Shown here piece after piece: positions 43,801-59,242 of a DNA stretch of 64,000 bases. How positions within the stretch are numbered: the first letter of the stretch is position 1; every line of letters starts with the position of its first letter. The stretch lies in the NCBI RefSeq assembly GCF_009914755.1, contig NC_060945.1. One strand, given 5' to 3'. This stretch comes from the human T2T-CHM13v2.0 reference genome, Homo sapiens. Position numbers and translations under genes: made by a program. The notes beneath the pieces are model-generated. The model did not search any database and was not told the origin of the DNA. It was given only the letters and a program-made list of their open reading frames with translations.

Positions 43801-46800
43801 TAGAACAGAAGTGGAAATAAGGCTTTAATTGCTCTGTTAAATAACTGTAACCAAAATATGTGTATTACATTTTAGAAATTAAGTTGTATGAAATCTTAAA
43901 TACTTCATAACACAAAAGGAAAATACTTTAGCTTTGTCTCTTAAAATATAACTCAGGTAGCAGCACTATGCACAGGTTTCCTAAAACTGTGAAACTGATC
44001 ATTTTTTTCAGATCAGAAACAGTACCCTTGTAGTAAGTAGCATGCTTGATTTTTCTTATGACTTTGACCTTTTATAAAGATACACGTTTGTATTTAATAA
44101 AATGTTGCAAGCTTTTGGGCAGAATTTATCTTGTACTGCCTGTGTAGTCTAGCAAATAAGAGCATAAACTTGAATTCCCTGTTCTTCTTCTGTTGAATTT
44201 GAAGATCAGGTTGTTATTCACTACCTCCTGCTATTACTTTTCTAATTGAAGTCAGATGTTTTAACTGTTGCTTGTACCGTTATGTTGGTGTATGTGAAGT
44301 CTTTATTGGTACTGTCAGATGGTAGGTTCTGCAGAAAAAAAAATCAGTTCTTTGTTTAAGGAACATGAGGTGAAGAATAAATACATGTGACGTTAGATTA
44401 AAAATTCAAGATGACCATATGGAAAAGTGCTGTAAGGATTTATCTGGAAGGGTATAGGGGAAAAAATTCTAGGCCTTTTTATGATAGGGACATGGGAAAT
44501 GGATTGAGAGTCTGGGAAAGGGTTAAAGAGGAAGCCCATAGAATTTGTGTTAAGGTTTTAAATATCACTTAGGTTTCAAACAGCTAGAGAGTAATAAGAA
44601 GAAAGAGCATTTTAGGGTGAGGAATAGGTGAGCAAAAGTAATGTTTCTGGTATTCAGTTGTCAAATGTAAGTGGTCACAGTGATCAAGGACTCCGGGGCC
44701 TTAGGTGTGTCAGTGCCCCAGCTTCCAGGCAGGCTTGTGTCATTCCCTTGAAATAAGACCTGGTGTCTTACTGTTCCAGCTAGCACCATTTCTGGCTTTT
44801 TGTCACTTGGTTTTGTTGGAAGCAGGGCTGTCCACTTTTTGTGTCTGATGGTTAAAGCATAGGACTCTTTTGCCTTCTTTTGTCCCTCCCATTGGCCCTA
44901 AAGCATTGAAACACGGATGCCAAAAATAATTCATGTGAATTTAGATGTTTGTATTAAATTTTCTGTAAAGTGTATCCCTTTAATTGTTCTGGCCTTTATT
45001 TAAGAGCATAGTAAAATTAGACAAGCTAACTGGACAATCTTACAGACTAGTAAAGAATGAAAACCAACATTAAACCATAACATTTGATTCTTAATCACAC
45101 GTCCCCAGGCATATATACTGAACATGTATTCTAAAATAAATTTACAGAAATGCTTTATTCAACCAGTCAGAGGGGACCTAGATACAGAATTTATAATTTA
45201 ACAGAGGTGGATATGTCTTTACATAACTATATGACATGGTGGAGTATGGAGTATCCATGCTGTAAGAGAGGTGGAAATTCAGAAGAGGGAGAAATTTTTG
45301 GATTGGGACTAGGAAAAGATTCTTGGCGAAAATGGTATTTCATATGGTCTTGAGGAATGGGCAGTATTTTAACAGGTGATGTTTGAAGGCTACAGGGTGT
45401 GGAAGATGCTATACCAGTTGAAGATGGGGGCCTGTTCGAAAATTGCATTTACTAAGGTAGATGGTAGAGGAGACTATGTTGTTGAGGGCCCTAAGTGGTG
45501 GATAGTATAGACTTTGAAGTTTTTCTTGTAAAAAGTGGGGGATTTTTGAATTTTTTACAGCAGTGGTTCACAATGTGTTTTTTAAAAACACATGCCCTCC
45601 ATGAATGTTTGCAAGTTTCAAAATAGACATTTCTTTGATTTTTAAAATATGAAAATGTGGTATTGAGTAATTTCAAGGGGTTTTTGAGTTGCCATCATCT
45701 AAAACGAGATATGTTGTAGGAGAAGCAGATTTTTTTGTGGAGTGGAGGGAAGGGATTGATTGTACTTAGAGTCAGGTTTTGAATGGGTTAAAAGTTTTTA
45801 AAACAGCTTTATTGTGTTATAATTGGCCTACAGTAAACTTCACATAATTGAAAGTATACAATTTGATGGATTTTGACAAGTATTACTTGTGAAACTTTTA
45901 CCACAAGTCAGATAATGAAGATTTATTACTTCACTTGTTCCAGAATTTTATATAAACAGGATTATATGTGTTCTTTTTGCCTGGTTTTAGTTCTTTTGAG
46001 AGTCATATGTGTTGTGATACCTATCAGTAGTTCACTGTTTTTATTGCTGAGTAGTATTTCATTGTGTGTATATACTTTGGTTTATCCACTTACCTGTTGA
46101 AGCACATTTGGGTTGTTTCCAGTTTTTGTCTATTACAAATAAAGATGCTATGAATATTGTTGTACAACTTTTTGTATGGACATATGTTTTTATTTCTCTT
46201 TATTTCCTAACATTGGAGTGACTCAATCATGTGGTGGGTATATGCCTAACTTTTAAAGAAACTGCTAAATGGTTTTACAAAGTAGTTGTACCGTTTTACA
46301 TTTTCACCAGCAGTTCAGGAGAGTTTCAGTTGCTTCACATTTTGCCATATTTGGTGGTCAGCCTTTTTAATTTTAGCCATTCTAATACTTGGGTAGTGAT
46401 ATCTCATTGTGTTTCTCTGTGATTAATGTTGTTGAGCATCTTTGTATGTACTTTTTTGCCCCCTGTATGTCGTGTTTGGTGAAGTGTTTGTTCAAATCTT
46501 TTGTCATTCTTTTTTCGGTTATTGAGCTTTTAGAGTTTCTTATACATTTGATACAAATCCTTTATCAAATACATGATTTGCTAAGCTTTTCTCCTAGTCC
46601 ATGGCTTGTCTTTTTATTCTCTTTAAAAGTGTCTTGAAGATCTGATGTTTTCAATTTTTATGAAGCCTAATTTATTCATTTGTTCTTTTATGAAAGCTGC
46701 TTTTGGAAAGTTTTTGCATAATTGTCCCATGATCAAAAACGTTTTTGCCTATGTTTGTTGTTGTTTTTTTCCCCACTAGATTTTACAGTTTTAGGTTTTA

Positions 46801-47796
46801 TATTTAAGTCTGTGGTCCATTTGGAGTTAATGTTTGTTAATAGTGTGCTGCAAAGTATAGATCAAAGATCACTTTTTTTTGCAAATGGATATTCATTTAT
46901 TGTAGAACCATTTGTCAAAAGGACTGTCCTTTCTCCACTGAATTGCCTTTGCACCTTTGTCAAAAATCAGTCTTCCATATATGTGTGGGTCTGTTTGTGG
47001 ATTTTCCATTCTGTTCCATTAATCTATTTGTCCTGATACCAATACCATATTGTGTTGACCTTCTGTGGCCTTAATAATAATTAATGCAATCAGGTAGTCT
47101 TAATTCTACAACTTTCCTCTTATTCAAAGTTTTTATAACTACTCTAGGTCTTTTGCATTTTCATATGAATTTTCAAATCAGTTCGCTAATTTCTTCAATA
47201 AAGTTTGCTAGGATGTTGATTGGGGTTGTGTTGAATATATAGATAATTTCAGAAGAATTGATACTTTAACTGTATTGATTTTTGGACCCGTGCACATATA
47301 TCTATTTAGCCCTTTCTCTCATTTTTCTAATTTTCAGTATGCAGTTTTTTCATGTATTTTGTCAGGTTTATGCCTAAGTATTTCATATTTTTGTCACTAT
47401 TTTAAATGGCTTTTAAATTTCAGTTTCTGATATATAGTTACAGTACTAGCACATAGAAATACAATTGATATAAATATATCCTTGTATTCTGTGACCTTGC
47501 TAAAATCACTTAATAATGCAGCTTTTTGGTAGGTTCCATCACATTTTCTATCTAGATAATCACATTTCCTATGATGAGAGACAATTTTTCTGCTTTCCAG
47601 TTTGGTTACCTTGTATGTATTTCTTTTTCTTGCCGTTCTACATTGGCTCCAACCTCTATGGAATGTGGAATATATATGGAACATAGACTACAATGTTGAA
47701 TAGAAGTAGTGAAAGAGGACATTCTGTTTTGTTCTTTATGTTAGAGGATCAAACAGTATGTTAGCTGTAGAGTTTTTTTGTCAGTGTCCTTTATCA

Positions 47797-48086
47797 CAAG
47801 GGTCCCCAACCCCTGGTACTGTCTGAGGCCTGTTAGGAACTGGGCCGCACAGCAGGAGGTGCCGAGCACTACCACCTGAGCTCTGCCTCTTTTCATGTCA
47901 CCTGAAGCATTAGACTCGCATAGACATGCACATGCAAGGGATCCAGGTTGCGTGCTTCTTATGAGAGTCTAATGCCTGATGATCTGAGGTAGAACAGTTT
48001 TTCATTCTGAAACCATATCTCCCCCCATGGAAAAACTGTCCTCCATGAAACCAGTCCCTGGTGCCAAAAAGTTTGGGGGACCGCTG
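47797..48086 (+). mobile_element. MER1B-like hAT element nested in L1
   Basis: TIRs caagggtccccaac / tttgggggaccgctg; perfect 8-bp TSD ctttatca at 47789-47796 and 48087-48094. Confidence 0.9.
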
Positions 48087-48473
48087 CTTTATCAGATTGG
48101 GAAAGATACCTTCTATTTCTAGTTAATGAAAGTTTGTTTTAGGTCAAGTATGGATGTTGGATTTGTCAAATGTTTTTTCTGCATCTCCCGAGATTACCAC
48201 ATGGTTTTTATTTTTTAGTTAATTTGATGAATTGTACTGATTGATTTCTTAATGTTAAACTGATAATAGTGTTTGCTGAAATAAAGGTCACTTTGTTATG
48301 ATGGTCTTTATTTTGATTGTTTGATTCAAATAGTTACAATTTTGTTTAGAATTTTTATATCTTATGTTCATGAAAGATATTGGGGTTTTATTGATTTCTG
48401 TTTTTCTGTTTTGTTGATTTCTACTCTGGATCCTTATTTTTGTTATTCCGTTGACTTTGATTTTGTTTGCTCC

Positions 48474-48799
<326 letters not shown>

Positions 48800-50944
48800 T
48801 AGTGTATTAAGGTAAAAAGCAGAAGCCATTGATTTAAGAACTCTTTTCCTTTCTAATAGAGATGATTAATGCTATAATATTCTCCGTAACTATTGTCTTA
48901 GCTGTATCAAAAATTTTGATATATTTTATTTTCATTCTTTTCAGAATGCTTTATAATTTGCTGTTTGCTTTCTTCCTTGAGTTGTGGTTATTTAGGACTA
49001 TTTTGTTTTGAGTTATGGTTTCTTCCTTGAGTTGTGGTTATTTAGGACTATTTTGTTTTACTTACATGGTTCTGTTACTTTATTCTGATTTAGTTTGTCA
49101 CCAGAGAACGTATTTTGAATAACTCGATTTCCTTTAATTTATTAGGGTTTGTTTTGTACCCCATAATGTTGTCTATCTTGGTTACAGTTGCTTTGTCCCT
49201 AGAAAAGAATGTATATTCTGCTGTTCTTTGGTAGAATATTCTCTAAATGTTAATTAGGTCAACTTGGTCGGTAGTGTTGATCAGATCTTGTATATCTTTA
49301 TTGATTTTCTCTCCACTTGTTCTATCAAATATTGAGAGACGGATATTGAAATCTCTTAATATAATTGTGTCTATCGTTGTAGTTTTATCATTTTTTTTGG
49401 TCTGTGTGTTTTAAAGCTCTGTTAATAGGTTCATAGATGTTCAGGATTTAGTATGTTCTCTTGGTGATTTGACACTTTTATCATTGGAAAATAACTTTCA
49501 TCTCGTGATATTCTTCAGACTGCAGCATACTTTCTTTGATAATATAGCCATTCTGTCTTAATTTTGATAGCATGATATATCTTTTCCCAGATGTTTACTT
49601 TTAATCTATTAATGTCTTTGTATTAGAAATTTATTTCTTACAGACACATATAGTTGACTTGCTTTTCTTGTTGTTCCTGGTCTGAAATCTCTGCTTCTCA
49701 TTTGAGGTATTTAGATCATTTGTGTTTAATGTGATTATTGGTATGTTTTGGTTTAAATCTGTCATCCTGCTATTTATTTCCTATTTGTGTTGTCTGTTTT
49801 TCCCCTTTCCTCTTTTTCTCCTACCGTCTTTTATTCTGCTTTTGGATTGATTGAAATTTTTAAATGATTTGATTTTCTTCCTTTTATTGGTTTATTCATT
49901 TTAACCTTGTTTTTTAAATTTAGTGGTTTCTCTTTATCTTATCACAGTCTACTTCCAAAGGATATTAGATCACTTCACGTATAGTGTATTGACCATACCA
50001 TAGTATTCTTCTATTTCTCTACTACTGTCCTTTTTACTGACTTTAAAATAGATTTTGTTTGTGCATATGTTATTAACCTTACACTACATTACTATTATTG
50101 TTTAAACACTTAGATTTAAATAAGAATTCCTGTATTCTTATCCATTTCGTTATCTTTTCTGGTCTTCATTCCTTTGTATAGGTCCATATTTCCATCTAGT
50201 TTCATTTTCCTTCATCCTGAGTATTTCTATTAACATTTTTTGTAGTGCGTATTTACTAATGATGTATTCTTTCACCTTTTAGGTATCTGAAAATGCCTTT
50301 ATTTTGCTGTTTTTTTTTTTTTTTGACAGATATTTTCAGTGGGTATGGAACTCTAAATGACACTTTTTTCTTTCAGTAATTTAAAAATGTTGCTGCACCA
50401 TCTGCTCTCTCGCATTGTTTCTTACAGAAAATCTTCTTTATTCATTTGTATATAATATGTCTCTTTTTCTGGCCGTTTTTAAGATTTTTCTGTTTATCAT
50501 TGGTTTTTAGCAGTTTGATAATTACGTACCTTAGTTTAGTTTTCTTTGTGTTTCTTGTGCTTGGGGTTTGTTGAACTTTTAGATCTATGGGTTTGTAGTT
50601 TTTATCAGATTTGGAAGATTTTTGACCATTAGTTTTTCAAAATTTTTGGGTTCTCCTTTCTGTCAGGAACTTTAGTTACATGTATATTATTAGGGTGCTT
50701 GAGATTGTCCCAGAACTCAGTGAATGTCTGTTAACTTTTTAAAATCTTTTCTGTTTTGACATCCAATTTCAGTTGTTGAGTACTCATTTGGAATTCTGAG
50801 GTAGTTTTTATTGCTGTGTCTTCAAGGTCACTAGTCCTTTTTTCTGTACTATCTAACCTTTTATTAGTTTTACCCTTTGTGTTTTTTATCATTCACATTG
50901 TAGTTTTTATTTCCATTTCTATTTCATCATCTCCTCCTCTTCTT

Positions 50945-51656
50945 TCTTTTTTTAAAATAGAGACAGGGTCTTCCTATGTCTCTGTTTGCTATGACGGGCT
51001 GGATTTGAATTCCTGGCCTCAAGTGATATTCCTGTCCCAGCCTCCCAAAGTGCTGGGATTATAGGTGTGAGCCAGCATGCCTGAACTGTAGTTTTCATTT
51101 CTAGTTCAATTTGGGTGTCTTAAAAATATTTTCCATGACATCCCTTAGATATTTGAATACATGGAGTACAGTTATAGTACCTGTTTCTGTTTTTTGTTTT
51201 GAGACAGGGTCTCACTCTGTCACCCAGCCTGGAGTGCAGTGGTGCTTTTGTAGCTCACTGGGGCCTCATACTCCAGGGCTCAAGGAATCTTCTCCTGCCT
51301 CAGGCTTCTGAGTAGCTGGGACCTACAGGCATGCACTACCAAGCCCAGCTAATTTTTAAATTTGTAGTAGAAACGAAGTCTCTTGGTGTTGCCCAGGCTG
51401 GTCTCAAGGGAGCCTCCTGCCTTGGCCTCTCAAAGTGCTGAGATTACAGGTGTGAGCCACTGTCCGCAACCATAGACCAGGGTAGGAGATGTCTTTTTTT
51501 TTCCCCTTTCTTTTAGAGACAGGGTCTTGCTCTGGGGCCCAGGCTGAAGTGCATTGGTGCAATCATAACTTACTGCAACCTTCAACTCCTCAAGAGATCC
51601 TCCTGCTTCAGCCTCCCAAAGCACTGGGATTACAGATTGAGCCACCGCTCCTGGCC
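50945..51656 (-). mobile_element. Cluster of old Alus: left monomer (about 50945-51085), AluJ (about 51190-51470), monomer (about 51495-51656)
   Basis: Antisense Alu arms; agtacctgttt at 51176-51186 and 51657-51667 brackets the last two. Confidence 0.85.
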
Positions 51657-52044
51657 AGTACCTGTTTGGGTCCATTTCTGTTAATTCTAACAGCTGTATC
51701 AATTCCTGATTGGTTTCCATTGATTGATTTCCCCCACCCGTATGGGTTGTGTCTTTCTGCTTTTGTGCGTACCTGGACATTTTTTATTGTGTACCAGCCA
51801 TTGTGAATTTTCACTTTGTCGGGTGCCGAGTATTTTTGTATTTCTTCTGTAAGTTTTCTTGGCTTTTGTTCTGGAACAGTCGGGTTACTTAGAAATAGTT
51901 TGATCTTTGAGTCTTACTTCTGAGATTTTTTAGGTGGGACCAGTGCAGTGTTTAATGATAATTATTCTTCACAAATGGGAGCAGTGTAGTCCTGTGTAGT
52001 TTATCCAATGCTCGGTGAGTATCGATGTTTCCCATTCTGGTTGG

Positions 52045-52341
52045 TGTGGGAAGCTTCTGGTAGTTTGCTGGCAATCTTGGGCATTCCTTGGCTTCTGCTG
52101 CATTACGCCTATCTTTGCCTTCTTTCTCACACGGTGGTCTTCCTGTGTGTGTGTCTGTCTCTGTCTAAATTTCTCCATTTTATAATAACACCAGTCATAT
52201 TGCATTAGTGCCTACCCTGATGACCTCATCTTAACTAATTATGTGTGCAGCAAAGCTTTTTTCCAAAGATGGTAACATTCTGAGGTACTGGGGTTAGGAT
52301 TTGAGCATAGAATTTTGAGGGGACACAAGTTGACCTGTAAC
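52045..52341 (-). mobile_element. MLT1C-like LTR, partial
   Basis: cttctggtagtttgctggcaatctt...acattctgaggtactggggttagga. Confidence 0.8.
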
Positions 52342-54211
52342 GTTGCCCCTGGAATGTTTCCTGAATATACTTCTGTGCTCTTAGGGTGTTACACACCTCC
52401 TTCTCTCAGCTTGGTATGCCCCCGTTCCTTTCTTCTGCTTCTCTTTCTTAAAAGCCACCTGCTGATGAGAACCTCTGTTTAGAAGGTTTATCAGATTGTA
52501 CCTTTTATTATAAATATTTACATGGCATATTTCTGCACATAAAACATTTTTGAAGACCTGGAGAGGATTTGTCCCACTTCTTTCACTGTCTCCCAGTACC
52601 ACCTGTAGTACTTTATAACTAGTGATTACCCGAATTGAATACGTTAATGAGTATGTCTGAACAGACAAGTTGCAGAATGGACATTTTAAGAAAGATCAGT
52701 AACTGCAGGAAGGATTGGAGGCTTAGGCATCTGGAGTGAGGAATTCATTTTGGAGATTATTATAGTAAGTCAGGCACGCATTAATTTATTAATTGAGCCT
52801 ACTAAGTACGGAAGCCTTCACTGGGTATCAGGTGTAGACCTGTGACAATTTCAGAATTTGCCTCTGTCCCCATGGACCTTACTGTGTGTGGGGAGTCATG
52901 AGGTAAGAACAGAAAAGATGGACAAGAAGGGTTTTCCTGAGGAACCCTAGACAAACCTTGAGAATGATTAGTCATGGAGGTGAGGATGAAGCATCGAAAA
53001 ACATGATGCCAAGCCTGGGTGCATGAGAGAGGACCGTTAGTAGAAATGAGAAGTCAGGCATTTGGTGGGTAGGGGATGATAAATTAGTTTGCTTCTAGAT
53101 AAGATGAGTAGAACATCTAAGTAGAAAATCCAGATTGCAGAAAACTCACAGTTGAATGGTGGAGTGGTAGATGTTCTTGCTTGGGTATAAAGGGAGAGAG
53201 AGCACCAGCAGTTAGTTGGGTGAAGGGGCTGACAGTCAAGAGCAGAGATTTTTCTGGGTAGGTGCTACACCGAACATATTTGTAGGAAGAGGGGAAGTGA
53301 CTGGGGCACTGGGAGGTGACATGCAATTATTTCCATTTTACAAATGAGAAAACTGGGACACCTAAAAGTTAAGAAAGGTGCCCCAGGGACACAGCTAGTA
53401 AGTGGTGGAGCCAGAATGGAAATCTGGGCAGGATGGCGGCAGAATCTGTGCTCCTAGGCACAGGATGGTGCTTCTGATAGTTTTCTTTAAATCTATTAAC
53501 TTTTTAATATGTTAGTTTGCTTTCATAGGGAATTAATACTATAAAGTTAGAACACCAGCCCTGCTTGTCACTTACAGAAGGCAAGAGTAAACACGAATAT
53601 AGGGAAAGCAGAATAATTCAACAAAACAGAATGCACACCGGAAAGTAATGGAACTATTTGTGATCAGTTAGTAACTAAGGGGTGTTTTCTGTTAGATGCC
53701 AGGAGGTTTAAGATGATGAGGAATGTTTCGGAAAATAAGCAACAAGCATTTGAGCATTTACTGTGCCAAGCATTTCATGTTGGTGCGGGGGATGAAGTAG
53801 TGACTAAGACAGAGTCCCTGCTTTTGTGGAGCTCGTTTTGTAATGGAGAGAGATACACAGTAAACATCTGAACAAATAGAGTTGGGGAAGATGCAGTTTT
53901 TGCTGGGAAGATCAGGGATAGTCTTTCCATGGGAGTGCTTTTTTTCTATTTCATTTGGTTTATTTCAAATGAGCAAATACATCTGTGGGGTAGTCTGGTT
54001 TATAGAAGTGCCCATCAGTCATGCAGATCTCTTGTATCATGAACAGTGTGACATTTTTTCCCCATTGGAGTACAGTAGTAACAGTTTTTCCATATCAAAG
54101 CCCAGCACCCTCTATATAAAAGAGTAGTCATTTGTAATCAGATGCCAAGAAAAAGTTGGGAATTTTAGCACCCTGTCCTTAACCAATATTAGCAGTCTTA
54201 ACATTCTTACT

Positions 54212-54342
54212 GGCAGGGCACAGTGGCTTATGCCTGTAATCCCAGCACTTTGGGAGGTTGAGGTGGGAGTATTGCTTGAGGAGTTCGAGACCACCCTGGG
54301 CAGCCTAGTGAGACCCTCATCTGTATTTTAAAATAAAAAAAC
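54212..54342 (+). mobile_element. FLAM (free left Alu monomer)
   Basis: TSD aacattcttact at 54200-54211 and 54343-54354. Confidence 0.9.
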
Positions 54343-55789
54343 AACATTCTTACTGTAATTGATGTGGGAGGAAGAGCATCCCTGCTTCTAAAACGGTAAA
54401 TCAGTGTTGCTACCGGAGTATCTTAGGCGTTAAGAAGTGAACGCAGTGATGTGCAGGAAAATGTATTGGAAAATCCTTGTTAGTGACCCACACCTGCTGT
54501 CCTTGTTGCTCTGAAGAACATGCTACAACTGCAAGTTTGAAAAAGTTTTCCTGAGCATTGGGCCTCTCAACGCTCTCATTTTGCATGTAATGGATTACAT
54601 TGCTGTCTTATTTTAGCCATCTCCTAAGAAGTATTAGCTCTGAAAACATATTTGCTTTTTTTCTAGAATGCATTGAACTAAATGCATTACTATTAAGATA
54701 AATACTGCAGTGGATGCAACTCTTAAAAAAGCTAACAAGTTGCATTTTCAAGAAATTCAAAATGAAAATGGCCTACTAAGGTCTGTGGGGAAAACTTTTA
54801 GAAAATCATTTAAATTGATTTTCCCTATTTAATAAAGTAGTTAATGGGAAAATTCACATGGCTTTCCAGCTATTAAAATATTCCTATCCTGACATTTGAG
54901 AATCTACAATGTATAGGCAGGTTTGAAATTCTTTTTTTTTTTTTTAATTTGAGTGGTGTTTCAGAGTTTACAAGTGTGCTCACACGTGTTACCTCACGTG
55001 AACCTCACAGAGATGTCAGAGTGGCTTATCATCCCAACTTTACAGTAATGGCAGATGAGCCTTGGAAAAGGTCAGGGTCACACAGTGAGTTAGTAGATCT
55101 GAGGCTAAAATGGACTTTTCTGTTTATCATATTGTTTACTGAATGCCTGTAATATGCCTTAGGTACGCAAGAGATCTTGTTCTGCGCCCCACCTTGTGGC
55201 GGTGGAAGCACACAGGTCAGGCCAGAGGAGGAGTTCTGCTCCTTTTGTGCTCCCTCTGTGATTTGGGAGCATGCAGTTCTTCATAAGAATCCCCACTCTC
55301 CTGATTGTTACTAGTCTTGCCACCATTCCTCATTGCTACCACTTGTCCCCTGTGTGAGAGGGATGGGTTGGGAGGGGAAGAGAGGGCACTTAACATCTGA
55401 TTACAGAGGCAGAGCTTTATGTGTAATAAATGCTCTACTCTCCTAACAGGAGAACTTGCTTCTTTTATATCCCCTTCCTCCCTGTCAATCTATGATTGGA
55501 TCTCAGGAGGTGAGTTGAGTGAGACAGTGTTTTCTCTGAGGGCCTTGTTTCCTGCTCATTCACTAAAGATTTGTCAGTGAATGAAGCAGCACTTCCACCC
55601 TCAGGATCTTATGTTATAGTTGGGGGGAAAGTGACAATGACACACCCCATGTAACTTATAAATAAATATATTTTATGATACTAATATATAAGTGTACATA
55701 TATATACACATTTTTATATGTGAACATACATTAAAAAAACATAATTTCAGAATGCCTCACACGAATCTTGCTGCCACTCAAGCCTTTAA

Positions 55790-55987
55790 GACCTAAAGTC
55801 TGCTTACCTCTTTTTGTAAATAAAGTTTTATTGGAATATAGCCCTACTCATTGGTTTATGTATTATATCTGTGGCTGCTTTTGTGCTACATGGGAAGAGT
55901 TTTGATTAATTGCAACAGAAGCTTCATCTTCCGCAAAGCCTAAAACATTCACACTCTGGCCCCTTAAGAGAAAGCTTGCTGACCCCT
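55790..55987 (+). mobile_element. MER58A-like hAT element
   Basis: tttttgtaaataaagttttattggaa...gcaaagcctaaaa...ttgctgacccctg. Confidence 0.8.
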
Positions 55988-57038
55988 GCTCAGGATGTAG
56001 CAAGCATTGTACTCACGGCATTATACTCACGGCCATGGTGCAGCTGCAGACTTAGAAAAGAAGGCTTGAGTTGGCGAGCTGATGGACATGGCAGGTGGGT
56101 GGAACTTAGCAGTGGAGTGGGTAGTTTCTAGCCTCTAGGTGTGGGATCACTGTGCTAAGTCAGGAAGTGTGGCTAATCTTTGCTTAGAGGTGGGGAACTT
56201 GTGCTTTTAAGAAAGCACTTGGTGTTTTCTAGTAAATGTGAATTGTGGCGATTAAAAAAATTGTATATTAAAATTCGGAATTAACAAGTTTATGTAAATT
56301 AGAAAGTGAGAGTTGCCGCTGTCCCCTCAATTCCCACTCTTCAAGGTGTTAAGAGCTGTTAAGAGATGGAGTTTTTCCCCCTCTGAGTATTAACTTCTAC
56401 TTAGTAATTTAAAAATCTGCTATATTTTAGACCATCTTTTTTTACATTGTGACCCTGAGGTTCACTTGATTCCCAAAATGTAGTCGGGATTGTTCAGTTG
56501 AGTGTTTGTTACATAGAAGATTAACGTGTAAAATATTTCAGAAGAGATTTTAATAGACATCTCCCTGTCAGTTGATGAGTTGACATTGTTTTTCTAAATA
56601 GTTTTAGAATTAGGCTTTTTATGACAAGTATTAAAGCACTTTGTACTGTATTACTGGTATTTTAAATTTTTACAATTTTTTTTAAAAACTCTTGTTCTGG
56701 TGGAGGGTCCCATAATCAGAGTCACCTGAGAAACTTCAGAACAATGCTGGTGCCTGGTCCCCATTTCAGGCCTAGCAAGTCCAAAACTCTAGAGGTCAGG
56801 AGATCATCTACATTTGTAAAAGCTCTGCAAGTGAGCTATGGAGTAGATAACACTTTTTATAACATAACTTTGTTTTTATAATAATTTGTGGGAAAATAGG
56901 AAGGTTTAACATGAAATATTATAGGTATGATTTATATTTCTAGTACAGGTCATGATTTATGCTGAAAAAACTTGTATATTTTATTTAAACTCAAATATTG
57001 AGCAAAGGAGGGAAATATATATAAAACAAGTATTTAAA

Positions 57039-57348
<310 letters not shown>

Positions 57349-59242
57349 TAGGAATTACGTAATTTGATTTGAAGAGTCATATCATTTTTCCCCTGCTTTA
57401 CTTTTGTACCTCTTCTCCAAGAAAAAAGTCTACTCTCTCAAAAACCGAAAACACATTTCTTAACTTCTGGGAGGTAGTTTTGTTTGTATTAGTTCAAGTC
57501 CATACTGGAATACGTTTGACCAGTGTTTTCAAGCTGAGAAATGACATTTAATTATTTGTTATCATTTCTAGGTAGATAGTAATTTCTGTATTTACTAAGG
57601 TAAGCTAACTGGTTTAACGAACACACCTAATATTTCAGTGGTTTAAATCAGTAGAATTTCTTGCCATATAATAGTCCAATGACTGTTAGTACAATGGGAT
57701 AACAGCTCTGCTCTGCAGTTATTCAGGCTCTGAACTATGGGCATTTTTCCTATTTTAAATTTAATAGTGTCCAAAGGTCATCCTAGGTTTTGGCATTTGT
57801 TGAATGGGGGAAGAGCATGGAGGTTTTCACACGCAATTTTTATGGGTCAGACGTGGTAGTGGCACACATCACTTCTGTTGACATTTCATTGGCTTGGTCT
57901 TAGTCACGTGGCCATGCTAACTGCAAGGGAGGCTGGAAATGTAGTCTAGTTGACTCAGGGAAAAAAATGCCTTTGGTTATCAATTAGCAGTCTCTTTCGT
58001 GTGGTCAAGGTAAACAACATCAGCAAGACATTGACTTCTCTGTGAGCTACCTAATTATTTCGTTTTTGCTTTTCCTTTTCTCATTTTCCCATGTTTTTGC
58101 AATTACTCTCCACTTTTCCCCATAAATATCCTGTTTTTGAGGTGATGGCCCGCATTCTTCATTTACTTTCAAGTCTAGTCAAGTCAAGTCTCTTGGATGC
58201 AGACAACAGAAACCCATTCCTGGCCAAGTTGGGCAGAAAACAAATGTAATGGAAGGCTATATGTTAACCCATAGAATTAATTGAAAGCTGGAAACTATGC
58301 TGGAAAAATAAGTAGGGGCCAAAGCAGGTGGCAGCAGAGGACACAGCCAGGGTCGCAGCAGAAGACCAGTCTGCTTCGGATCCCACACCTGGCACTTGTG
58401 CAATGCATTGCTATGTGAGCCTCAACTTTCCTGCCTCCACTGTGGATAGTCTCTTACTGTCCCTACATCTTGCAGGAGTGACCCATCAAGACTCCAGAGT
58501 CTGAACAGGAGCATGTGATTGTCAAAACTTTGGTCACTAGCAAAGCCCTGGTTACCAGGGAGGTAAGGTAGGAGATTTGTTAGTTTGGTTTTTATACTTG
58601 GTGGCATGGCTTTTTTGCCTTCCATGATTCTCATGAACTGTGAAGAGTGTTCAGATACCAAATGGCCTAAAAATGACAAATACCTATGTGGGAACCTTTT
58701 TCATCAGGAGAAATAAGTTGTGGTATAAGATGGGAGGCTGTGTTCCAATCTTGATTTTTATCACGTTGTTAAGCCTCTGGGTTGCAGCCGCCCCCTCTGT
58801 AAAGTGAGGTGGGGGAACTAGATGTCTGACAGTGTCTGTTCATTTACTCACTCATTGAATAAATATTTAGTAAGTGCCTTTTATGTGCCAACACAAAAGA
58901 ATTATCACACCCTTGCCTTCCTATATTTGGGTGAGTCAGCAGAGAAGTCATTCTGATACAGTTAGGGTGAAGTGCTCAGATACTCTAGCCTTGGGCAGGG
59001 GTTTAGGAGCTCGTGAGAGTTCCCAGGCCAGCCTGGGCAGAGAGTGTTGGAGTAGGGGATTCAGGGACCACACTCCGCTTCTTTCACTCATTCGTTTAGT
59101 GTTTCCTTTAAGCCTTTGCCTTGTTGTTATGAGAATACAAAAATAAATAAGACCAGTACTTCCCTCCAAAGCACTAATTGTGAGAGCATGCTGATGGCTT
59201 TAGCAGGCAGCATGCTTGCTGTGTTGAGATAAGAGCAGAATA

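Noticed and set aside
55183-55203. Possible CTCF site (minus strand CCACAAGGTGGGGCGC)
   Set aside because: Lacks the strongly conserved C of the GGC core at the expected position; not supportable without ChIP data.
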